Of a stretch of 64,000 nt of DNA, positions 46,901 to 57,200 are shown piece by piece. Location: NCBI GenBank assembly GCA_051362555.1, contig CM120641.1, positions 39,810,401 to 39,874,400 of the forward strand. Direction: 5' to 3'. Source of the DNA: Lingula anatina. Taxonomy: Eukaryota; Animalia; Brachiopoda. The notes beneath the pieces were generated by a model, which was not told the DNA's origin, did no database searches, and saw only the letters and a program-made list of their open reading frames with translations. How positions within the stretch are numbered: position 1 is the first letter of the stretch; each line of letters starts with the position of its first letter. Position numbers and translations under genes: made by a program.

Positions 46901-49900
46901 ATCTACGCAGCCATTGCAAAGGTCTTCTTAGACCTACGGATAAACATTATAGATAAATCATTGTAATGTTTAGAAAATTTCAGCTTATAAAGCATCATCC
47001 ACAAAAATGAAAATAAATTATAATTTTTTTTAAAAAAAAAGGTAGTAAAGCTCCCTAATTTTTATACATTATACGTGCATTCCTATATAGCTATTCTAAT
47101 GGCTGCAGCAATAATGCAGGGATAGTGAGTGATAAAAAATCTAATAAATAGTAAAAAGCAAATGTGTATAATATTATACACTAACACATATATGCATGAC
47201 ACTTACTGCTCCAGACAAGGTCATGCCTACTCCTAAAAGCCCTGCCCCAAGAGTTACTGTAAGTAGTCCTTTGTTGTTAAGACAGGCTACGTATTCTATC
47301 TGTGCCTTCTGAAATTTTCTTTGGGTCACTGGCAACATGGACAACACAGACATAGAGAACATACCTGGAAGCATATTTGGTTTGCCTTTTATAATGGAGA
47401 TTTGCATTCACAGAAACTAAAACTAGTACTAGTGTCTATATCTAAATCTACAAGTGCTATAGTATGTAGAGTACACATGCAACATATCAGTGTCTATCAC
47501 TTATTAAGAATTCTGTGCCCTACATGACATGCGAGATGAAGTAGAATGGCACATTGGTTTTCAAAACCCCTAAGACAACACATTCCAAAGGGTCAGCAGA
47601 CAGTTAGTATCAGGCAATTGTGGTTGGTGTGACTGGTGCGATAGGTGTGATCTGTCCCTTACCTGAGGAAACAGCTGAGAGGAACATTTTCAGCATTATA
47701 TATTTTTCAAACACCATTTGGGAACGGATAACTTCGGGTTCAAAGACTGAAAACAAAAATAGCAAACATCTTCACACTTTTGCCTGGCATAAATTTCAAT
47801 TTCTGCTCAAACAGATAGCATATTTATATGAATAATGTTATCCATAAATGCAATTAGCCACCAAATGAACACAATGCTGTTGATGTTAAGGATTTATTGC
47901 TTGCATTTGGGCACATTCATTTGACAAAACTACCCCAAAATGTGAAAGTTAATGATCACAGTCTACATGGTTCAAATAAATCAAAAATATAACCAAAGCT
48001 AATTTCACATTACAACAACAGTACCAGTAACATCGTCTTTATAACAGTGTGTCCCTTTCCAAAACAAACTGGAGTCAGATAATTACAATCAATTCTTACA
48101 ATAAAAGCAAACACTGGGTTTTAACCATGGAAAAGAATCATGAAAATTGAAGTAAGACACATGCAACTGGATATGTTTGTAACTAAAGCACATGCATATT
48201 CATCTCCAGCCAAGGCAGAACACTGCTATAGAAAAGACAACAACACAATCATACATCTGGCTGCCCCTTCTTACTACACAGTCCACAGGTATGGTATGCC
48301 AATATACAGTGCATGCATCTATGAAGGTTCCATATATGAAGGTTCCATTTTTTTTTTTTTTTAGTTTTTTGATGATATAATGTTATAAAGCAATACCATG
48401 TAGAGAACCACATGAGATTCCACTAAATTATGTTTGACTTTTTTTACAAATCAAAATTTGAGGTACAGATTATTTAACATCCCTATTTTATATTTATATA
48501 TATATATTTCATGTATATGACCTATACATTCTACTAGTGCCAGACACCTCTATAATCAGAGACATTAACCTGGGGTTCAATTAACCAATAAAGCATGCTA
48601 GCAATCTAAATCCGATTCCTTACATTCATATTGAACCAAAAACACCAATTAACCTTCGAATTCCGAAGTTGCTGCCTCATGAGCACTCTTGAGCACTGCA
48701 GATCATGTGCACTCACTGTTGGGATTTATTTATCTATTCATAATGATAATAATAATATTATTATTATCATGTATTTGCGGAAATGGTAAATTTGTCATTG
48801 ATACTCCTGATTTTTAAATAGTTAAAAAATAAAAACTCTCTCTGAACAGTTAAAAGCATGTTATGTGCCACATAAGTTCTCAAACAAAGTTATTAGACAT
48901 CAACAACAATCCATTAAAGCTCCCTTTACACTGGACGGCATCCATTTTGTGTCTCGTAGCCAGACAGTAAAAAAAAAAAAAAAAAAAAAAAACTTAACAT
49001 GCTGACAACTGGCTAATGGTTGAGTATTCATTCTGCAACCAAAGTGATGCTTGCACCTCCTTTTGATGATCACAGCGATGCCAGTTTCATGGTCCCACAA
49101 AGGACGCAGAAAGGGGGTTTATGTAGTAGAATTCTGGTTGCTCATTTGCTTAAAATTTTAACAGCCAGTGGCACTTGCAGGGGCGGATACAGAGCTATTT
49201 ATCTGACAAGTCTTCCAAATTATCTTTGTTGATCCATCCTTCATTTTTGACCATCTTCCATCAGAGAAAATAAAATACCCCTCAGTGTAAACTTGAAAAT
49301 CTAACCGTCTTCCGGAAGACCCAGAAGACGGCTTAAATCTGCCCCTGACTTGCATCTTGTGTTTACGTGTTTAAAAACAACTGTGGTAGAAAGTAAACCA
49401 CACAGATTCCTAACTGCCATGTGCATTTATTTCAAACATGAATAGAAAGGAACTACAGGAGACAAATACCAATAAAACTAAGGTAGGAATTTAACCACAG
49501 TTCAAAATACCACTGTGAATGGGATTTACTACCCTCCAGAAGAGTAGGGCAAATGCCAGTTCCAACAAGCCTTTGTTTTCTTTAATTCTATCAATTTTTC
49601 TGTATTTAAACTGCCTAAAACTCATGAAATGTGATTCTCTAAAATAAATAAAGCCTAACAGGTTGTATGACATGACTATTGCTGGCAGCAAAATATTTTG
49701 GTAGAGTTGGTAAGATGGGTTTAAATCGTTTTCATCTTATAAGTAATAAAACTACTTCCTTGTTCAAATCACAAGAAAGATAGGTCACAACACACAAAGC
49801 CCCCTTCCTCATACACAAATCTGATTATGAAAACACAAAAAAAACATACCTCTTCCTTTTTCCATAGCAATTCCAAATACAACTCCAGCGGATGTACAAA

Positions 49901-50009
49901 CTCCAATGACTTTCAGTTTGTGCAACAGGGAATCTCCCTCCCCAAGTTCTGCACCAGGATGAGTTTGTTCGGTTTCATCATGTATAGGACGCCTTCTTAT
50001 TGTAGCCAT
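43946..50009 (-). CDS. YeeE/YedE (TsuA-like thiosulfate/sulfur transporter) family membrane protein, 9 exons, 389 aa
   Basis: Exons 50009-49850, 47746-47663, 47364-47207, 46813-46765, 46513-46411, 46073-45959, 45612-45382, 44612-44461 and 44063-43946 sum to 1170 nt, phase-consistent. Motifs GVVFGIAMEKGRVFEP, GAGLLGVGMTLSGACPG, GALLGAALY and GGALMLFGARLAGGCTSGHGLSG. Confidence 0.92.
48917..49120. mobile_element. MITE family B, second (degenerate) copy
   Basis: aagctccctttacactggacggc..tgctgacaactg..gcaaccaaag.gatgcttg..agcgatgcca..aggacgcagaa aligns with 37685-37904. Confidence 0.75.
49178..49347. mobile_element. 170-bp non-autonomous DNA transposon, CAG termini, 5-bp TSD (hAT5-like)
   Basis: TIR caggggcggat / atctgcccctg. 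TSD ACTTG at 49173-49177 and 49348-49352. Confidence 0.8.
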
Positions 50010-51641
50010 TGCACCTCTAACAGTCAAGATGAAAGGAGTATTCTGGGGTAAGAAATATTCACAGGTATTGTTCTGTAAAAGAAGAAATGAAGAAAGAATT
50101 AAACATGGTCTATTGAATGCACCCTGCGCTTCAAAAATATGTTGAAACAAACCTCTACACTAAAGCATACCCTTGCCGTTTCAAGTAACTTGAACAATAT
50201 TTAGCTTGAAGGAACCAAAAAGAACTTTAATTGCAAATGATATACAGTGGGAGACACAAGGTGTGGTTATTTATAGCCTGGAGAGTTTGTAACACAGGGT
50301 GTTATGAGGTCTCATCTGGGATAAGTACCTAGCATACAAAGCCAAAAGTGAATGGAAATTAGATGGAAAAAAGTGAGTCAATGTCAATCAATCATTATTT
50401 GGGTTTTAAATAAAATATGAAATGTTTTAAACTTTTAATTCATCCACAGATTTTATGGGGAATTAGTCAATAAAGTTTTCTATTGAGATTGTCAGTAGGT
50501 ACAATTTAGTAAACAACCAATGAACCTGTCCAAACTGGATATCTAAGCTTAAGTACTGACAGGTACAAGTGACTTCAAGGAGAACCTAGAAACTAGAAAA
50601 TTACCACCTTCATCCTGTTATACTGTACCAAACAGCATCCATTTATGGAAATAGTTTATTGAATTCATCTTGGCATTTAGGTACTTTTAATTTAGACAAT
50701 TATGCATGTCCCTATATTTGGAGTACAAAAGGCACACATTGCACATACTATGCATACTTTAAATGATTAATGTTACTTGAATATCAAGCCTTGGATGTAA
50801 TAAGAAAGAATTTCTTGGGGATTTCTTCCATTTCCACAATCTTATTTGCTATCGAATATTATTAGTTCACCAGTGTACGATAGGTAGATACACTTGGAGG
50901 AAATTACTGATGTTAAGGAATTGTGCAATAGACCATGTCTCCTCAAGTGATAGTATATGATTTTTTTTAGATGGTCACAAGAATGTACTAAAAGAATTGT
51001 TGAAATCATTGAATGTGCATATGCTACTAGGTGTCACATTAAAATATTAAAAATTGGATTTAAATCCACTAATTAAATGGATCTAGGATTTCGCTAAAAA
51101 GGGGGGGGGGGGGGGGAAACACCGCCAAGAAATGTAAAACAGAAGAAGAGGTTAATTTTATCATAATATTTGGGGCACAAGATACAAAATTACTTTGTTA
51201 AGTTTTTCTTAGCTTTTTATCCTTTTTTAAGAGGAAAGGAAGAGGAAAAGATGGAAGAAAATAAGAGAGAAGGGGATTTTTGAAGTTTCGAAATGGGGGG
51301 GGAAGCATGTGCTCAATATGCCCCCTCCCTTTTCTTATCAGCCACTGCATACACCTGAAATTAAAGCCTTTTAAGGGATGTACCTAAATTGCACAAACTA
51401 CTGCAATACAGTGCTATACACTTGAAAAAATGAGTCCAGTGGCAAGTAAACATGGGAAACGGTCATTTCAAACAAAATAAGGTGATATAAAAACAAAATA
51501 TATAACTAAGTAATTAATTGCTTTTATGTCACCCTATTTTGTTGAGAATGACCCTTTCCTTTGAGCAAAAAGGTTCATTAGCTTGGTTGTTGGATAAATA
51601 TGAAAATTCTCAGACACAAGCCTAAAATTTTCCGTACCGTT

Positions 51642-51680
51642 AGCTTACGGCCAACCTGGTCGAAGGCCTTCATCAGACTG
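51642..51680 (-). ncRNA. Degenerate minimal hammerhead-ribozyme-like motif (Penelope-type)
   Basis: Minus strand: CTGATGA-A-GGCC-ttcgaccaggtt-GGCC-GTAA-GCT. The conserved GAAA reads GTAA, and stems I and III are not convincingly closed. Confidence 0.3.
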
Positions 51681-51772
51681 ACGTGAGTAGTTGTTCACAC
51701 TCACTGACCGCTAGGTGGTATAGCCTTTCCTTTGTTTAATTGCAACTGGACTCGTTTTTTCCAGTGTATTGC

Positions 51773-52398
51773 CAGGCCTACCCAACTACCAGACGCGGCA
51801 CCTTCGGATCCTGAATAAACCGGTATATCAGACCACACTACCCGTTTTCAAGGTGTGTGTCAGATCGCATCACGTAGTATCAGCCACTTCACCCATTTTG
51901 CCTGGCCTGCGATGTGATAGCGATGATCCTAAGCAGGGTTGGCAAGTAGTGCATCTCATCTAGATTCATGCGCTGCTGCAATTTTCCCTGTTTATGCTAA
52001 AAATCTGACAATACCGCAATTTTTTAACATAAAATTTAGGTTCAAACATAGCCAATGATGTTTTGTAAATAAGAACGTCCAAACTTATATATTAATTTAG
52101 AAAAGTAGACCTAATTTTGATAGTGGAAGCATATTCTGTCGGGGGTTAAATATTTTCATGGCTAGCGGGATGGACGAGATTGAGATAGTCGTCTGTCACC
52201 ATGTTGTTGTATTTATGCAACTCCTACTTGACGAAAACGGCCGCCATACCCGGATGACAGGAAGGCCTACAAAATTTGTGATGGGGTATGATACTCCGTA
52301 ATGCGATCTGACACACACCTTGAAAATGGGTTGTGTGGTCTGATATACCGGTTTATTCAGGATCCGTAGGTGCCGCGTCTGGTAGTTGGGTAGGCCTG
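51773..52398. mobile_element. 626-bp non-autonomous DNA transposon with ~108-bp TIRs and 5-bp TSD
   Basis: Left caggcctacccaactaccagacgcggcacc..cagatcgcat..gtatca is the near-perfect reverse complement of 52289-52398. TSD ATTGC at 51768-51772 and 52399-52403. Confidence 0.9.
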
Positions 52399-53299
52399 AT
52401 TGCGCAATTTAGGCACACTGTACAAGCAAGGGGCTGGCAATTGAAGCTTGCACAGGGTATGTCTGTGAAAGGCACATTAACACAGCCATTTACCAATTAG
52501 CTCAATTTTCTAGAAACAATGGTGACACATAAACCATATTTATCATATATTTTTGCAAATAATAAGATTGAACTACACTGTGCTTGCTTATTGCAGGAAA
52601 TGTATACATGTACAACTTAAAGTACATGTACATAAAGAAGGCTTTTATTTGATGCAAAATAAATAATATTCAAACCAGGTAAAAATATCTTGAACAAGAC
52701 TGACCAAAGGATAACATACATGGGATCTCTCTCCACTAAAGTCATATACTCAACTGTACACCATAAGCCACGAGTGATTAATTATTTATTCATTAATTGT
52801 GTCAGTCCAAACACAGTGCCAATAATGGATCATCCAGCTGAAGAACTAGTAAAATGCAGCAAGCACCCAACAAATGAAATTATATCAATTTTCATAAGTA
52901 TCCAAACTAATGGTGTTTCATATGGCAGTTTCAGTCAGACAATTCTGTCGCCAGCAGTCACTTGAAATGTGAGAAGTACATTGTGTTCCCATCATTATCC
53001 ACTTTGGGCAAAATTGTAAAAAAAGTCACAATATTATTGTGCCAATCCACACCTTGCATTTGACTTTAGGAGACGTTGCACTTAGTTGCTTAATTTGATG
53101 ACTGTCCTCTTTCATTTTGAGAGAAAACCCCCCGAGTCCACAAACTAATAGTACGCATACGCAGTTTTATTTTACCAATACAACCTGAAACAGCCGACAT
53201 GAAACTGTAGTAAGAATTGAAACTAAAAGTCAAAATTCAGACAATGCCAGGACAACTCCGAAGATAACGCCTTTTTCAGAATTATATAAAGTATTCCGG

Positions 53300-53630
53300 G
53301 ATATGGCATGACCTTGCCTGACACGTTCACTGCTGTCGAGTCTCCACGGCTCCAGACCCCATCACAAGGGCTAAATGAATGAAAGAGCATAATAAAGATT
53401 AGTACGTAAACTTGTTACCCCCAGGGTTACCTCCTAGGTTGGGAGTAAAAATTCCATACCCAGCAATATCGTTGTTTGAAAAAATGTTCCCTGAATAAGT
53501 GTTACTTGCTCTTGCGTCAAACCAACATAAACATCAAACCTCTGACGTCTCTGCCAAAAATAAACATGGTTTGAAGGTAACCTTGACCTTGAGTCAATGA
53601 CAAATTTCACGAGCATGCGCATTGGGCTAA
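53300..53630. promoter_or_regulatory. Cis-regulatory cluster in the divergent YeeE/ERR upstream region
   Basis: TGACCTTGA (perfect ERRE, reverse) at 53584-53592, inside the ERE-like palindrome AGGTAAcctTGACCT 53575-53589. Also AP-1 TGAGTCA 53590-53596, NRF1-like GCATGCGCA 53613-53621 followed by ATTGG, CRE-like TGACGTC ~53543, and a second TGACCTTG 53309-53316. Confidence 0.55.
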
Positions 53631-54069
53631 GCATCAGCACGTTCTGGGTCAAACTAAATGTTGGAATGCCAAAACATTCAACCGATAGCTGGAAACTATT
53701 CATTTAAAATAAATATTTGCTGCTTACATCAAGGATAAAAAAAATGATACTACTATAATACTTGTGATCTGTATATTAACGTTTCTGCTATAGAACTTAT
53801 GAGTTGATCTAATGTGGTTATGATGGGAAATTATTTAATAAAGTTATATGATATCTCATTTTTCTCTACAGTGCAAAATACTTAAAGTTTTACACAAAAT
53901 ATTAAACTGTTAAACTTTAAATCGATTTGTGGCTGAATGTATCTGAATATAGATAACTCTAATACAACAAGCATTCTTTGGAAACCGAAATCTTCGTTTT
54001 CTTTTAATCATTTGGAGGTGCGTCCAAAATCAACGCATTTGATTCGTCTAGAACATTCAATGCTTACGT

Positions 54070-54253
54070 CATGCGGGTCAAGGACGTCACAGCTGGGTCG
54101 GTATATATTTATAGCTAAGAGAAATTATGTTGTGGCACCATTCGGCGCTAAGTCTCTTAATGAAAGTGCTTGGAAATCTCTTTGCAGTTCATTCACAAAC
54201 GGATTATTATGCAGTCAAGAAGGCATAGCACCGCTTATTAAGTTCAAGTGAAG
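54070..54253 (+). promoter_or_regulatory. Putative promoter and non-coding first exon of ERR
   Basis: CRE-like ttacgtca and gacgtcac (~54064-54090), TATA-like tatatatttata (~54102), and a strong donor AAG|GTGAGT at 54254. Confidence 0.5.
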
Positions 54254-57200
54254 GTGAGTTAACGCCTCTATTTTGTTTTGGACTTGGTGTTGGGAATTCC
54301 TCTCTCGATCATGCCTTGATCTCCTGTCGACTCAAGCCAGCGAAATTCGCCATTGTGATAGTGGATATGCCGGTTACACGTGCCGGATGTAAAATATTTC
54401 AATTAAAATTTAAGTAAGTGGAATTGGTACTGCGGGTTTGATCAGTTTTTGTTGTCAGTGTTGTTAACTGTAGTTGTCAGTAATATCAACTGACGAAGAA
54501 AAAAGCCAATCGAAATGTACATAACGGTACATTAATTGTATATACATATATGTACATTTCGCAGTGAGCATGTCACTTATGATCTGATCTGGATATGGTG
54601 ATATATATATATAGTCTAGGTAACCCATATAAATTGTATTAAATTAATACAAATTGAAAGGTGTAAGTACATCATATAGCTTAGACACAGTATGCGAGCT
54701 TGTAACACTGCATGCTTGTTAATTGATGAAATATTATTAAGCTAATGTCTTTTTGCCAAAAGTAAATGTCCCACTGGAATTCAAATCAATCATGAGGCTG
54801 CCTGGATATCCATTATACTTTACATTGAGCATGTGTAAGACAAATTCAGTACTTTTGTTGGTTGAATAGTTTAACTTTTTATTATACTTTAAAAAGAGGA
54901 ATATTTTAACTGGTTAATCTGCACAGTATGTTTGATGTAGAATTTAAATAGGTGTAATAAAATCATTAACACTTCTGCTACAGCTGTGACACTTTGTGAT
55001 TGTAATTTATGTTGTAAAAAGATCTCATTAAAACAGTTCAAATTTAACTGAAATACATATTGATCACATTGAAATTCACTCTAAAGCCGTTTGCAACCTT
55101 AATGCTTTTGAGGCATATTTATAAATGCTATTTAAAATTGTTGTTGAAATTGTTGAATTAAAGATTGAATTTGCAGTATTTGATGTCATGGTAACATTAT
55201 GCCATTTTGATAAAAACTTAAGTGTGCCAAGTACATGTATCCTGTCAGTGTATTCATGTATGGAGTTAGTGAAGTGGTACTTGTGAACATGTACCTCTAC
55301 TTGGTTGCTTTCATTTAGAAGAAAGTAAGCCTATTAGTCTTTTTCACTTTCCATTGTCCAAGAGATCGCTTCTGAAAAGATCAATTTTAAATAAAAATCT
55401 TATCATCAGTTTACAAAATTGATATTCAAAGCAGATATATTTATCAGAGGAACCACTGAGTTAACCTCCTAAGTTATAGTCCTCCTTTTCTGCAGTCTTC
55501 ACATGAGCACCCCTATATGATGCTGTAAGTGATGGTGTAACTTTTAAGATTTATAATGAATACTTAATGAAGTAAACTTCGTTATATTTACAGTCCTAGT
55601 GATTTGAGTTTATTTCTATGTTTGGCACTACCAAAGGAAAGAAGGTTAGATTGCTAGTCCAAAGCATGTATTTTTATTATTTGCTCTATAACTCTATGTT
55701 ATGTATTGCCAAAATTAAAAGAAATTACTCAAGTGCTGAAGTATTTTGAATGTTGATCATGGTTTTCAGTAGGTTTTTTTTTAGTGTTTAATCCATGTGT
55801 ATGTGAGAGCTGCATCTTGATATTATACAAAAAACCACTTAGCAAACATATATCTGAATGAATAGGAATTAGGTATTAATTTAGAACTCAGACAGTATAA
55901 TTCCAACCAATTGACTTGATAAAAAATGCATACAAGATGCATGATGTCATGTCCTCCATATTGGGTGTTAAGTTAAAGGAAGTTGACTATGAATTCATAT
56001 GGCGGTAGCATGCACGTGTAAACTGGCACCCAGGGATGGATTGCCGTCTGGCCTTGATTGGGAAATCAATTGGACTGCAACAAAACTGTCATTTATTTGA
56101 TTTATGTTTTATTGCTATGGTGATAGCAGCCTACAACCAAGTCATGGTTTTTGATATCCTAAGTATTAGATATTTGTGGATGTGCTACGGAATCAGAAAA
56201 AAAAAGAATAATTTAATGAACTGCAAGTATATGAAGAGGTGCATGTACACTTATTTTAGTTGTTTACTGTTTTAAAGTACCTTGGCCTTATGAGTTTTGA
56301 GCTTCTGACTGCTACTGTCAGAACAGATAAACTTGGGGCATAGTTATGTACAGGCCACTGAATTGGGACATGCCTAATTTTGTATGCGGGTCAGGGTTGC
56401 TTGTTTCTATTCAGACTTATAAAAAAGGTGAAGGATTTATAGGCTTGGTTTGGGATTTAATATGAGGATGATAACACTATTCTCTGTTTTTTATGTACCA
56501 TTATTAGTCAGCATGCCATGGCACTGCATCTTAGATACTCTGAATTGCACAGGATTGTCTAAAATATATATATTTCCACCTTTGTTTTCTTTTTATTAAA
56601 CTCACTGAGATATGAAGGAACAGTTATTATATTATATAACGTGAATAAATAATTCACAGTGGATGAAAGATTGTGTAGGAGTGGCATAATAAATGTGTGT
56701 GCATATAAAACAAATGGAAAGCTGCCCTGCTGCCTGGTATATCTTTTGCAAGGTTTACAGAAACAAGTGATATACAGAATACATAAAATTAAAGATATGA
56801 TATAGAGAATTTATTCATTGGTTGTAATGACCATGGTCATGGTGATGTAATGTTATTTCATATCCAGCCAAGAGGTGTGATTGACAGCCTCCGTGGCTTT
56901 CCGTAAATAATGGCCTCACTATACCCAGCCATGGTTTCTATATAAAAAAAGAAAAAAAAAAAAAAGAGGGCCCTGGCTAAGGATGTGTGAATGAGTCCAT
57001 GAAAGTGTTGTGACACTGTTCCTGGTAGGGTAAGATGGGTGCGTGTGACCATGTAACATTGGTATTAAACAAAGATTTTAGCCACTGGAACTGACTGAAG
57101 TTTTTTTTGTGAATCTTCAACCTGGTTCACCTTAGTAGACATTGCATACGGTGTCAGAGAGGATGCAGTACAGCAATGGTTCTGTAAATGCTTTGCCAGT

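Noticed and set aside
32079-50009. Bacterial contamination or recent HGT as the explanation for the TauE and YeeE genes
   Set aside because: Both have multiple GT-AG introns containing host repeats and are contiguous with CDKL and ERR.
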